64,000 bases of DNA from Candidatus Cloacimonadales bacterium (GTDB taxonomy: Bacteria > Cloacimonadota > Cloacimonadia > Cloacimonadales > JAFGVF01): assembly GCA_963678315.1 (NCBI GenBank), contig OY782781.1:2528001-2592000 (forward strand), given 5' to 3'. Positions 1 through 10,243 of this stretch are shown one piece after another (positions within the stretch are counted from its first letter, which is position 1; each line of letters starts with the position of its first letter). The notes beneath the pieces were generated by a model. The model was given only the letters and a program-made list of their open reading frames with translations, did no database searches and was not told where the DNA came from. Made by a program: the position numbers and the translations under genes.

Positions 1-50
1 ATTTTTTGTAAATGATTATTATTTTTTTGTTTAATTTTAACGAGGTAAAC

Positions 51-101
51 TCCCTCATTGAATAATCGGCATTTTTTCAAAGGCACAAGTAAGGGCGACC
101 T
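51..101 (+). repeat. Degenerate copy of dispersed palindromic repeat family B
   Basis: TTGAATAATCGGCATTTTTTCAAAGGCACAAGTAAGGGCGACCT resembles 24128-24184 (TTGAAAAATCGGCTTTTTTTCAAAGAGGCAAGTAAGGCTGACCT). Confidence 0.65.
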
Positions 102-141
102 TTCTAACCTTTTACTCTAATCTATCTAAAAACTCACTAGG

Positions 142-173
142 CTCCTGCATAAAAACACAATTTAATGCAGGAG
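142..173. repeat. Palindromic repeat, family B' variant
   Basis: CTCCTGCAT-N14-ATGCAGGAG; same stem as 50386-50420. Confidence 0.65.
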
Positions 174-460
174 ACCCTTTATAAGCAGTTGCTTGTAATA
201 AGACATATAAGATTATTTTTTTAGATCAAGTATTCAAACATAAGTAATCTTTATTCGAATATTATTCTATATATATGTGTTTTATTAAATTCAAAATTAC
301 GGGAAAAGTTAATATTACTCTATTAATAATTGAGAAGATGTGGCTTAGTAACGTTTGAAAACACTTAGACCATACTACTTTTCGACTATAATAATTTCCT
401 GTTCGAAAAACATCTTGACACTATTTTGTTATTAAGAAAAAGTGTTCTTAGGATGGAAAT

Positions 461-1069
461 ATGAAAAATAAGAAAGATATTATAATTAAAAAAGCAAAAA
501 TGTTATTTGGGAAATATGGGTATGGCAAAACATCTTTGAATGATATTGCTAATTCTACTAAGTTTGGAATTGGAACAATATATTATTACTTTTCAAGTAA
601 AGAAGAGATTTTTGCTGAGATTTTTAAGCAAACCCATGATTTGTTTTTAGATAATGTGAATGAAATTTATCATTCAAATGCATCTATAATAGACAAATTA
701 GTGGAAATATTTACCTTCCCATCAAAATTTTTAGATACTATAAATCTGAATATCTTCACAGAAATTAATGAATTTCCACAACAAATCATGCATGACTGTT
801 TTGCTTTAAAGAATAATATTGTTGAGAGAGTAAAGACTATAACCCTAGATCTTTTAGACCAAGGACAAGAATCAGGAGAAATTAGATCAGATATAGACTG
901 TCATAATTTTGCTAAGATACTTTTTTATCTATTCAGATATGTTAACCCTGTTGAAGATTTAGATTGCTTGATAAGTCATGTTGAATTTTTAAGCCAGAAC
1001 AAAAAAATCATCCATGGTTTCTTTACTAACCACTTGAAGAAAGTTGAGTATAATCAAAATTTAATATAA
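461..1069 (+). CDS. TetR/AcrR family transcriptional regulator
   Basis: N-terminal HTH (LFGKYGYGKTSLNDIA...GIGTIYYYFSSKEEIF); first gene of RND operon. Confidence 0.92.
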   Translation: MKNKKDIIIKKAKMLFGKYGYGKTSLNDIANSTKFGIGTIYYYFSSKEEIFAEIFKQTHDLFLDNVNEIYHSNASIIDKLVEIFTFPSKFLDTINLNIFTEINEFPQQIMHDCFALKNNIVERVKTITLDLLDQGQESGEIRSDIDCHNFAKILFYLFRYVNPVEDLDCLISHVEFLSQNKKIIHGFFTNHLKKVEYNQNLI

Positions 1070-1082
1070 AAAAGAGGTAATT

Positions 1083-2453
1083 TTGAAAAAGAGTTTATTT
1101 ATGTTACTAACTTTAATTCCGATGTTGATGCAGGGAATTAATTTAGATGATGCTATTTCACAGGCAATTGACAACAATAAAGAATTACAGTCATTAGCCT
1201 ATGATATTCAGATAACTGAAAAAGATATTGATATTGCGTATAGTAATGCTTTGCCTCAAGTTAATTTTGAAGGGGGCTTAAAATATACAGAAACCCATAA
1301 CCCTGATGCATTCACAACCGTGCCTAGCAATGTAGTTAATTCACTTGATGAGAATGCAACAGCTAATGAAGAGCTTCTAGCTGCACATACAAATGCACTG
1401 TATGATGGATTAATACCTGATGAAGAAGTTGAAGCAGTGCAAGTTGCTGGTTCTATTAATCTTCAACAATTAATATATGCTGGTGGAACTGTATCTAATT
1501 ATATTGATATTTCTAAGAAGATGTTAGACATCAAAAGTAAGCAATATGAGTTACAAAAAAGAAATACTATTTATAAGACTAAAGAACTATTCTACCAAAG
1601 TTTGCTAGCAAGAGATGTTGTTCAAATTACTAGAGAATCTTATGATTTAGCAAATGAACATTATAAATTAGTTCAAAAACTTTACGAAGACGATATGTCT
1701 TCTGAATATGATATGTTAAGGGCTGAATTAGAAGTTTCTAAGATTGAGCCACAGGTTCAGGAAGCTGAGAACAATTACGAGATTGTAGTTTCTGCTTTAG
1801 AACAACATTTAGGAAACATTTCTATAGCTTCTATTGAGGGTTCGATTGAATTGCCAGTCTATGAGGATTTTACATTGAAACAATGTTACATAGAGATGTT
1901 GAACAACAGAATTGAATTACAATTAACTGAAAAGAGCCTTGATATAAAGAAAATCCAATACGATATAGCCAAAGGTAATTTTCTACCTAAAGTTGCTTTT
2001 GAGGCTGGAGTAAGTTTGTTTTCACAGGATGACGAACTTCAGACTGATGGAGATTACTATGGTCATGAGTATTCATTAGGATTAGGAGTGTCTATTCCTA
2101 TATTTAGTGGCTTTTCAAATTCAAATAACTTAAAGAAAAGTAAAATTGCTATCCGTCAGCAAAACCTTAACAATGCTGATTTAGAAGATAAGCTTAGACT
2201 AGAAGTAAAACAAAATTTATTGAATTTAGAAAAGGTTGAAGAGACAGTTAAGACACAAGAGAAGAATCTTTCACTAGCCCAAACAGGTTATGAGATTGCT
2301 CAAACTAGATATAATAATCAAGTTGGAATACAACTAGAGCTATTTGATGCTCAAATTCAGTTAGAACAAGCTAAATTAGAGCTTAAGAATGCAATTTACA
2401 ATGTTATAATAAATAAAGAAAAATTAGAACTTTCTCTGGGTAGAGAACTATAG
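1083..2453 (+). CDS. TolC family outer membrane efflux protein
   Basis: Signal peptide, two OEP repeats (NALPQVNF / NFLPKVAF, GVSIPIFSG), context. Confidence 0.92.
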   Translation: MKKSLFMLLTLIPMLMQGINLDDAISQAIDNNKELQSLAYDIQITEKDIDIAYSNALPQVNFEGGLKYTETHNPDAFTTVPSNVVNSLDENATANEELLAAHTNALYDGLIPDEEVEAVQVAGSINLQQLIYAGGTVSNYIDISKKMLDIKSKQYELQKRNTIYKTKELFYQSLLARDVVQITRESYDLANEHYKLVQKLYEDDMSSEYDMLRAELEVSKIEPQVQEAENNYEIVVSALEQHLGNISIASIEGSIELPVYEDFTLKQCYIEMLNNRIELQLTEKSLDIKKIQYDIAKGNFLPKVAFEAGVSLFSQDDELQTDGDYYGHEYSLGLGVSIPIFSGFSNSNNLKKSKIAIRQQNLNNADLEDKLRLEVKQNLLNLEKVEETVKTQEKNLSLAQTGYEIAQTRYNNQVGIQLELFDAQIQLEQAKLELKNAIYNVIINKEKLELSLGREL

Positions 2454-2465
2454 GAGTGTGATATT

Positions 2466-3485
2466 ATGAAGAGACTATCAATTATATTATTGAGTGGATT
2501 ATTATTATTTGGGTGTTCACGCGAAGAAGTAAAAGCTCCAGACAGTATGGAAACAATACAAAAAAAACAAGGTGTACCTGTCAAAGTAGAAACAGTTGAA
2601 AAACAAGATTTTGAGAAGTACTTAACATTCAAGGGGCAAATAAAAGGTAATCAAGAAAGTACTGTTGTATCGATGATTGCAGGTAAAATTGAATCTATAC
2701 AAAAGGATGTTAACGATTACGTTAAAGAAGATGATATAATTTTAACTGTTCCTAATGATGTACCAGCAAGTCAATATAATCAAGTTAAAGAATCTTATGA
2801 ACTTGCACAAAAGACCTTCGAAAGAATGCAAAGTTTATATGAAAAAGGGGCTATATCTAAACAGGATTTAGACCAAACTGAAACTCAATTTCAAGTAAGT
2901 AAATCAAATTATGAGTCTGTATCTAAGACAGTAAATGTTGAAGCTCCTATTAGTGGTAAAATTGGGGTAATGTATGCAGAACTTGGTACAGAAGTTGCTC
3001 CTGGCACTAAGCTGTTTAAGATAGTTGATGATAGCAGATTTAGAGTAAGAATTAATGTTCCTGAACAACAAATTATTCATATTAATGAAAATCAAAAAGC
3101 AACTGCAATCTGGAATAACATTGAACTGGAAGGAAAAGTTGAAAAAGTATCTTCAAGTTTAGATGAGGATTCTAATTCCTTCTTAGTTGATTTAATCTTT
3201 AAAAATCCTGGCAATAATATAAAGACTGGCGTTACAGCTGAAGTTAGACTAAAAACATATACCAATAACAGCTTTGTGGTTAACGAACAATATCTACTTA
3301 AAGAATCAGATTCAGCATATTTATACTTAAATGAGAATAGTAAAGCAGTAAAAACTAAAGTAATTTTAGGAAATAGTTTCAAAGGTCAATTCGAAATTCT
3401 TAGCGGTATTAGTGAAAACGACCTTCTAATCACTGAAGGTTCTAAAATGGTAGAAAATGACATGTTAATCAAGGTTATTCGCTAA
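2466..3485 (+). CDS. RND efflux periplasmic adaptor (MFP), lipoprotein
   Basis: Lipobox LLFGC, lipoyl halves (APISGKI), helical hairpin (LYEKGAISKQDLD). Confidence 0.92.
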   Translation: MKRLSIILLSGLLLFGCSREEVKAPDSMETIQKKQGVPVKVETVEKQDFEKYLTFKGQIKGNQESTVVSMIAGKIESIQKDVNDYVKEDDIILTVPNDVPASQYNQVKESYELAQKTFERMQSLYEKGAISKQDLDQTETQFQVSKSNYESVSKTVNVEAPISGKIGVMYAELGTEVAPGTKLFKIVDDSRFRVRINVPEQQIIHINENQKATAIWNNIELEGKVEKVSSSLDEDSNSFLVDLIFKNPGNNIKTGVTAEVRLKTYTNNSFVVNEQYLLKESDSAYLYLNENSKAVKTKVILGNSFKGQFEILSGISENDLLITEGSKMVENDMLIKVIR

Positions 3486-3494
3486 GGAGAGATA

Positions 3495-6400
3495 ATGTTT
3501 CTATCAAAACTATCAATAAAACGACCAATTCTGATAACAATGGTACTCTCACTATTCGTAGTGCTAGGAGTTATCGGTTATCAAAACATGTCTCTGGATC
3601 TAATGCCTACAGTGGATATACCAGTGGTAACAATTCAGACAGTATATGCTGGAGCAGGTCCTGAAGAAGTGGAAACACAAGTCACTAAAAAACTTGAAGA
3701 TGAAATAGCAACTATATCAGAAATAGATTATTTCCAATCTTATTCATTAGATAACGTCTCAATCATTATGATTAGGTTCTTGCTTACAAAAGACGTAGAT
3801 GTCGCCAAACAAGAAGTTAAAGATAAAGTCGATGCTATAATAAATAATATGCCTTCTGGTGTTGATAAACCAGTTGTTGAAAAGTTTGAAGTTGGTGCTG
3901 ACCCAGTAATCAACTTAGTTTTAGGTGGTCAAGCATCAGGTAAAGAACTATATGAATATGCAGATAAAAAGCTAAAAGATAGATTTTCTCAAATGCCAGG
4001 TATCGCTAAAGTAGATATTATTGGTGGTGATGAAAGACAAATTCACGTAGCATTCGATAATGCTGTTCTTAAAACTAATAAGATTTCTATGGCACAAGTG
4101 AGTCAAATCTTAGCAGCTAACAATATAGATATTCCTTCTGGAAACTTTACTAGAGGTAATCAAGACTATTCAGTAAAAACTAAAGGTAAATTTGAAAAAG
4201 TTGATGATATAAAAAACTTAGACCTTCCCACAGCATTCGGTAGTAAGAAATTAGGACAGATTGCTAGCGTAACAGATACAACTAAGTCTGTTAGAGAAAG
4301 AGCTATGTATTTCAACCATAAGAAAAATAACTTGGAAGAAAATATTGTTAAGATATCACTAATCAAGAGTTCTGATGGTAACACTGTAGAAATAGCTAAA
4401 GCTGTTCATGAAGAGCTACCAAACATCAAAGAGGATCTTCCTGAAAATATGAACCTAACAGTAACTAAAGATGGTTCTACATTTATTGAAGCTACAGTTA
4501 AAGACACACTATCCAACATTATTTTGGGTGTTCTATTTACAGCTTTGGTTTTAATGTTCTTCTTACATGATTGGCGTTCAACTATTATTGTAGCTCTATC
4601 AATGCCTTTCTCTATCATTGGCACCATTGGCCTTGCTTATATGTCAGGTTTCACCTTAAACATAATGTCATTGATGGCGATATCTACTTCGGTGGGTATT
4701 ATTGTGACGAACTCGGTGGTTGTTATTGAGAACATCTTTAAACATAAAGAGATGGGTGCAAACAAAAGAGAATCAGCTGATAAAGGTACTTCAGAAATAT
4801 TCGTTGCTGTATTAGCATCAACATTAACAAATATCATGGTATTCTTACCAATTGCAAACATGTCAGGTATGGCAGGTCGATTCTTTATAGAATTTGCATT
4901 AACTGTGACTTATGCTACAATATTCTCTTTAATATCATCATTCACATTAACACCAATGCTATCATCATTAATACTACCTGAAAAACCTAAAAAGGGTAAA
5001 GCTGGATTAGCAATCGAGAAGATGTTAAAAGGTCTAGAGAATGCTTATTCAAGATCACTTCACGCTATTATTGATAAGAAGTTTATAGCAACTATAATTC
5101 TCATTTTAACTGTTGGCTTACTCATGTTCAGTCTTAACCTATTAAAAGATGTTGGAATGGAATTTGCTCCAACAATGGACGAAGGTGATATTTCAGTAAA
5201 AATTGAACTTCCACAAGGATATGATTTAACTTCAACTAAAGAAATTGCAATTGATATTGTTGATATCATAAAGACTCATAAAGAAGTGGAACATACAACC
5301 ATTGACTTAGGAAAACAAGGTGATACAGATGTTGGAGTTAACCTATCTCTTATTAGTATTAAACTAGTTGATGCCAAAGAACGAGAATTAAAAACTGCAG
5401 ATTTAGCTCAACAACTTATAGAAGAGTGTGCTGCTATTCCAAATGCAAAGATTTCTATAACAGCAAAATCATCTACAGGTTCAGGACAAGATCCAATTGA
5501 GCTCTATGTTCTAGGTCAAGATATGAATCAGTTAATAACTTATTCAGATACACTTTCTGCAAGAATGAAACTAATTCCTGGTATAACTAATGTAAATACT
5601 AGTTATAAAAGAGGTAAAAAGGATATTACTGTAATACCTCGACGTGATAAGCTTTCCGAACTAAACACAAGTGTAGCTGAGTTTGCTATGGCTCTAAGAT
5701 ATGCAGTTGATGGAATAGATGACACTTCTTTCACTGAAAATAACGAAGACTATGATTTATTAGTTACCATGAATGATGACCAGATTGTTTCAACACTAGA
5801 TATTGAAAACATGCCAATGACCAATAGCATGGGTTCTACTAATATATTAAGTCAAATTGCTAATGTTTCTCAAGAACCGGCCTTTAATATGCTACAAAGA
5901 AGAAACAAGTTTTCTGCTATTAAGATAACTGCTGGTAATGCTCCTGGTTTCACTATTGGTAAGCTTCAACAAGATATTGATAAAATTGTTGAAGATTTAG
6001 ATTTAGACAATGGTTATAAAGTAGAATATGGTGGTGATGCACAAATGATGGGTGAAACTAATAAAGATATGGCTAACGCTATGCTATTGGCTATTATCCT
6101 GACCTATATGCTTCTAGCTGCTATATTAGAAAGTTTCATTCAACCTCTTCTAATCTTTGTTACCCTACCATTAGCAATGATTGGTGTGGCTATAATTATG
6201 TATCTAACTAATACAGCCTTTAATATTATATCACTTCTTTCTATCATGATGTTGATAGGTATTGTGGTTAATAACGCTATTCTTATCATGGAATACTATA
6301 ATCAATTAAGAGCTCAAGGTAAGAAAATCAGAGAATCGCTTGTTACAGCTTCAACTGCTAAACTTAGACCTATTCTAATGTCCACAATTGCTATCATTAT

Positions 6401-6560
6401 TGGTATGCTTCCAATGGCTTTAGGTATGGGTGATGCTGGTGCTGAAATGAGACAAGGAATGGGACTTGTTACTATTGGTGGTGTTACTAGCTCTATGCTA
6501 CTTACTCTTTATATCTTACCTGCTATGATAAGTCTTGGTGCTAAGAAAAAGCATTTATAG
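3495..6560 (+). CDS. AcrB/AcrD/AcrF family RND permease
   Basis: 1021 aa; SIKRP start, GIVVNNAILI and RPILMST motifs. Confidence 0.95.
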   Translation: MFLSKLSIKRPILITMVLSLFVVLGVIGYQNMSLDLMPTVDIPVVTIQTVYAGAGPEEVETQVTKKLEDEIATISEIDYFQSYSLDNVSIIMIRFLLTKDVDVAKQEVKDKVDAIINNMPSGVDKPVVEKFEVGADPVINLVLGGQASGKELYEYADKKLKDRFSQMPGIAKVDIIGGDERQIHVAFDNAVLKTNKISMAQVSQILAANNIDIPSGNFTRGNQDYSVKTKGKFEKVDDIKNLDLPTAFGSKKLGQIASVTDTTKSVRERAMYFNHKKNNLEENIVKISLIKSSDGNTVEIAKAVHEELPNIKEDLPENMNLTVTKDGSTFIEATVKDTLSNIILGVLFTALVLMFFLHDWRSTIIVALSMPFSIIGTIGLAYMSGFTLNIMSLMAISTSVGIIVTNSVVVIENIFKHKEMGANKRESADKGTSEIFVAVLASTLTNIMVFLPIANMSGMAGRFFIEFALTVTYATIFSLISSFTLTPMLSSLILPEKPKKGKAGLAIEKMLKGLENAYSRSLHAIIDKKFIATIILILTVGLLMFSLNLLKDVGMEFAPTMDEGDISVKIELPQGYDLTSTKEIAIDIVDIIKTHKEVEHTTIDLGKQGDTDVGVNLSLISIKLVDAKERELKTADLAQQLIEECAAIPNAKISITAKSSTGSGQDPIELYVLGQDMNQLITYSDTLSARMKLIPGITNVNTSYKRGKKDITVIPRRDKLSELNTSVAEFAMALRYAVDGIDDTSFTENNEDYDLLVTMNDDQIVSTLDIENMPMTNSMGSTNILSQIANVSQEPAFNMLQRRNKFSAIKITAGNAPGFTIGKLQQDIDKIVEDLDLDNGYKVEYGGDAQMMGETNKDMANAMLLAIILTYMLLAAILESFIQPLLIFVTLPLAMIGVAIIMYLTNTAFNIISLLSIMMLIGIVVNNAILIMEYYNQLRAQGKKIRESLVTASTAKLRPILMSTIAIIIGMLPMALGMGDAGAEMRQGMGLVTIGGVTSSMLLTLYILPAMISLGAKKKHL

Positions 6561-6569
6561 GATTAAACA

Positions 6570-6752
6570 ATGACAAACCAACATAAATCAAACTTACTTA
6601 ACATAACACAAGATATCGACTTAACATCGATGCATAGTAAGTTTACTCCTAGACTCAAAAAGGAATCAGGTTACCCTAAACCAAGGGTAACCTATTCCAA
6701 AGAAGTAATTAAACAATTCATAATATATACTTCCCTACCCTCAATGAAGTAA
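6570..6752 (+). CDS. Small hypothetical protein (60 aa)
   Basis: ATG 9 nt after RND stop with AGGA upstream, lies before the terminator; no recognisable motif. Confidence 0.35.
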   Translation: MTNQHKSNLLNITQDIDLTSMHSKFTPRLKKESGYPKPRVTYSKEVIKQFIIYTSLPSMK

Positions 6753-6835
6753 TAGTAGTGCACATATATCTCCAAAGTTTATGCATTACTACGATTTACT
6801 CCATTAAGTTCTAAGTAAAAAACCTTCGGGTTTTC

Positions 6836-6866
6836 AGCAGAGATTCCCCAAATCTCTGCTTTTTTT
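6836..6866 (+). terminator. Intrinsic terminator of RND operon
   Basis: AGCAGAGATT-ccccA-AATCTCTGCT followed by T-run. Confidence 0.8.
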
Positions 6867-6879
6867 ATATAATATATCC

Positions 6880-8025
6880 CTACTTATTATCCATATATTC
6901 ATTCATTATTGTAAAGAAATCACCTACCCACTCAGGTGGATTATCAAGCGGTTCTGTCCCCATAAATGATGCAAGTGAATCTTCGTGTTCAGGATCAAAG
7001 CCATGCATACCAGGAAGAGATTTTACTCCCATATCACATGGAACAATCTGAGTTCCTGCATCCATTAAAAGAATCTCATCGCCATACATATTATCAGGGA
7101 AATCAATGCCATATTTAATTTTATCTTCTTTAGTTAGAAGTTTTGCATGAGGGATAGTTTTTGCTTTATTTAGTATATGAGAACGACAAGCGTCATTCAA
7201 GAACCAGAAATGAACCATAGTAGAATCATAGGCTGCGACATAATCTTTGCCAAAGTTAAAGCCTAGTGATTCTATCTCTTTTTTAACATCTACTTCATGA
7301 GTTAGAGTAGTCATACCATGGTCTGATATAACGAATAAAGAATAGTCTTCATAGTGCTTTTCTACTTCAGCAACCAGCTGTTTAATCTTATTGGCATACC
7401 AATCAAGCTTTGGTTGAATCTCTTTACCATCTTTAGTGACCATGTGTAGCAAACCATCTAGTTTTGCAGTATATAGAAAAGCAAAGTCTACATTCTCTTT
7501 TTTTACATCCCCAATGAGAGCATCTATATTTTGTTCTTCAGTCAATCTCCAATTAGATATATGGTAAGGAATATTCTTTTCTTCCAAGACATCTGCAAGA
7601 TTCTTTGTTGGAGCAAGACCTCCAGGAACAAACAAATCAGTCTTTTCAATGTAATCAAAGTATTGTAGTCTATCAAAAGGCATAGAATATATCTCAAAAT
7701 ACCCAGTATAACCTTTCATCTTTTTGATTATCTTGGAGAATTGATGTCTGAATCGCCATCTATCAAAGATAACACCTGGTAGGTATTTAAGGACTTTAAA
7801 CATTTTGAAAGGTGACTCTTCAGGATTATAGTAATAAAAGCTTAAATGCTTATGTTCTTGAGGTGTTTTACCTGTAAGAATAGTTGGTATAGCTGTACAT
7901 GAATATCCGAACTGCATCTTCGCAGGATATCGGTAAGGAAGTAAATCTTCTAGAAAATTATACTTCTTTTGTATCTCCCAGCCAAAAGCATCTATGAACA
8001 TAAATATAGAGATTTTCTTTTTCAT
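6880..8025 (-). CDS. Alkaline phosphatase superfamily protein (nucleotide pyrophosphatase/phosphodiesterase-like)
   Basis: FIDAFG, LDGLLH, ISDHGM and GMHG metal-site motifs. Confidence 0.85.
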   Translation of the reverse strand: MKKKISIFMFIDAFGWEIQKKYNFLEDLLPYRYPAKMQFGYSCTAIPTILTGKTPQEHKHLSFYYYNPEESPFKMFKVLKYLPGVIFDRWRFRHQFSKIIKKMKGYTGYFEIYSMPFDRLQYFDYIEKTDLFVPGGLAPTKNLADVLEEKNIPYHISNWRLTEEQNIDALIGDVKKENVDFAFLYTAKLDGLLHMVTKDGKEIQPKLDWYANKIKQLVAEVEKHYEDYSLFVISDHGMTTLTHEVDVKKEIESLGFNFGKDYVAAYDSTMVHFWFLNDACRSHILNKAKTIPHAKLLTKEDKIKYGIDFPDNMYGDEILLMDAGTQIVPCDMGVKSLPGMHGFDPEHEDSLASFMGTEPLDNPPEWVGDFFTIMNEYMDNK

Positions 8026-8085
8026 AATTCCTCCAATTACACTACAAAAGATAAGTGATTATTCTTATTAGTCAATAAATGTTAT

Positions 8086-8120
8086 AAAAAAGAAGCGTTG
8101 TGATATAAAACACAACGCTT
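8086..8120 (-). terminator. Intrinsic terminator after cysS
   Basis: AAGCGTTGTG-N8-CACAACGCTT with T-run on minus strand. Confidence 0.75.
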
Positions 8121-8138
8121 AATATTATCTTAAATCTA

Positions 8139-9530
8139 TTATTTCTTTTCCCATTTAGTTCCATCTTTAGTATCTAAGAGTTGGATACCTTGAGCAAGGA
8201 GTTTATCTCTAATCAGATCTGATACAGACCAGTTCTTTTCAGCTTTAGCGTTATTCCTTACTTCAATTAAGATAGCTAATAGCTTTTCAGAAAGATCCCC
8301 TAAATCATTAGATAAGACTGCTTCAATATCTGTAAAGAAACCAAGGACCGAACCAAGTTCTACTAGTAGTTTAGCAGACTCTTTTCTTTCATTAATATCT
8401 TCTTTAGTAGATTTAACTATCTTTACTAAATCAAACATAACTGCAAGTGCTTTTGCTGAATTAAAATCATCGTCCATAGCCTTAACAAACTCTTCTTTCT
8501 TTGCTAGATCAGCATCAGAATAGTTGATATTTTCATCTTTGAAAGAGAGATAATCAACACTTTTCAAAGCATTATAAAAGTTTTTTACTGCAGTATCAGA
8601 TTCTTGCATAATCTGTCTGTTAAAATCAATTGGACTACGATAATGTTTAGACAAGAAGAAGAATCTTATTGCTTCGGCATTATACTCTTTCAAGACATCA
8701 CGAGCAGTAAAGAAATTATTCAAGCTCTTAGACATCTTTTCACCTTCAATATTGATAAATCCGTTGTGCATCCAGTAGTTTGCAAGCTTCTTACCACTTA
8801 ATACTTCTGCTTGTGCATTTTCGTTTTCATGGTGAGGAAAGACTAAATCAACTCCTCCCCCATGAATATCAAAACTCTCAGTATCAAGATACTTTTGGGA
8901 TAGAACAACACACTCAGTATGCCAACCAGGTCTACCTTGTCCCCATGGAGAACCCCATGTTGGTTCACCAGGCTTTGCTTTCTTCCAAAGTGTAAAGTCT
9001 GCAGGGTGCTTCTTGTTAGTATTAGCTTCTACCCTAGCCCCTGCTTTTTGGTCATCGATATTTTTACCTGAAAGCTTACCATATCCCTTGAATGATTCAA
9101 CAGAGAAATATACATCTCCTTGAGATTCATAAGCAAAGCCTTCATCAACTAGTTTCTTTATAAGCTTAATAATATCGCCCATTACTTCAGAAGCTTTTGG
9201 TTGATGTGTAGGTTTCTTAATTCCAAGCTTTTCAATATCTTCTTCAAATGCAGCAATATATTTTTTAGCAATTGCTTTAAAAGTAGTGTTCTCTTCTATA
9301 GCTTTATTTATTATTTTATCATCTATATCTGTTAGATTTTGAACATAAGTAACTTCATAACCTTTATATTCTAAATAACGTCTAACTACATCAAAAAAGA
9401 CAAATGGTCTAGCATTTCCAATATGGAAGTAATTATACACTGTAGGACCACATGCGTACATTTTTACTTTATTGGCTTCGTTAGTAACAAATTCATCTTT
9501 ACTTTTTGTTAGAGTATTATATATCTTCAT
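8139..9530 (-). CDS. cysS: Cysteine--tRNA ligase
   Basis: CGPTVY, HIGN, GRPGWHTEC, KMSKS; start placed at MKIYNTL (GGAG upstream) rather than 9545. Confidence 0.97.
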   Translation of the reverse strand: MKIYNTLTKSKDEFVTNEANKVKMYACGPTVYNYFHIGNARPFVFFDVVRRYLEYKGYEVTYVQNLTDIDDKIINKAIEENTTFKAIAKKYIAAFEEDIEKLGIKKPTHQPKASEVMGDIIKLIKKLVDEGFAYESQGDVYFSVESFKGYGKLSGKNIDDQKAGARVEANTNKKHPADFTLWKKAKPGEPTWGSPWGQGRPGWHTECVVLSQKYLDTESFDIHGGGVDLVFPHHENENAQAEVLSGKKLANYWMHNGFINIEGEKMSKSLNNFFTARDVLKEYNAEAIRFFFLSKHYRSPIDFNRQIMQESDTAVKNFYNALKSVDYLSFKDENINYSDADLAKKEEFVKAMDDDFNSAKALAVMFDLVKIVKSTKEDINERKESAKLLVELGSVLGFFTDIEAVLSNDLGDLSEKLLAILIEVRNNAKAEKNWSVSDLIRDKLLAQGIQLLDTKDGTKWEKK

Positions 9531-10077
9531 TTTCTTCTCCATCATTAAATTCTAATATTGAAAGACTAGCAATCTTTTTAGTCTGAGAATAAGTAATAAA
9601 CTGTTGATATTTTTCATCAATAAGTTCATATTTACTGTGCTCGATTATTACAGAACCACCTTTGTTTAACAACTTTCTATCATAAATATGCTCAATACAC
9701 TTGTTAATAAGATTCTTATCATAAGGGGGATCTATCAGAAATACATCAAATTTATCTTCGCATTTCTTTAGATAAGATAGAACATTCTTTTTATGAACTC
9801 TACACTCATCTTCACATTTGAAGGCTTTTATATTTGCTAGCAAAGCTTTCAATGCCCAATTTGACATTTCTACAAAATGTACATAAGCTGCACCTCTACT
9901 GAGGGCTTCTAAACCCAAAGCTCCAGTTCCTGCAAACAAGTCAGCTACTTTCTTACCTGCTAAGTCTTGGTAAACTGAAAAGATGTATTCTCTAAAGAAA
10001 GCTGTTGTAGGCCTTGTATTCTGGCCTTGTATTGAAAAGATATTTCTTTTCTTAAATCTTCCTGCTATAATTTTCAT
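9517..10077 (-). CDS. rsmD: 16S rRNA m2G966 methyltransferase
   Basis: MKIIAG, RPT, DLFAGTGALGLEALSRGA, DPPY. Confidence 0.93.
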   Translation of the reverse strand: MKIIAGRFKKRNIFSIQGQNTRPTTAFFREYIFSVYQDLAGKKVADLFAGTGALGLEALSRGAAYVHFVEMSNWALKALLANIKAFKCEDECRVHKKNVLSYLKKCEDKFDVFLIDPPYDKNLINKCIEHIYDRKLLNKGGSVIIEHSKYELIDEKYQQFITYSQTKKIASLSILEFNDGEENEDI

Positions 10078-10238
10078 TTCTTGCTTTTCCTGAATCTAGG
10101 AAATTTAATTTCTAATTGCTCTTCTTTTCTTACAAAATTAGGGCATGTAACTAATTTAGTAGTAATAAATTGTTTACACTTCTTCTTACATTTAAGACAT
10201 AAATCGTTGTATTCTATTATCTCTTTTTCTTTTGCCAT
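10074..10238 (-). CDS. Small Cys-rich protein (54 aa), not in ORF track
   Basis: Translated by hand: MAKEKEIIEYNDLCLKCKKKCKQFITTKLVTCPNFVRKEEQLEIKFPRFRKSKK; fills the gap, ATGA overlap with rsmD. Confidence 0.7.
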   Translation of the reverse strand: MAKEKEIIEYNDLCLKCKKKCKQFITTKLVTCPNFVRKEEQLEIKFPRFRKSKK

Positions 10239-10243
10239 ATATC

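Noticed and set aside
379..408. TTTTCGA-N16-TCGAAAA as TetR operator
   Set aside because: Short AT-rich arms with a long spacer can arise by chance here; not supportable without comparison to orthologs.
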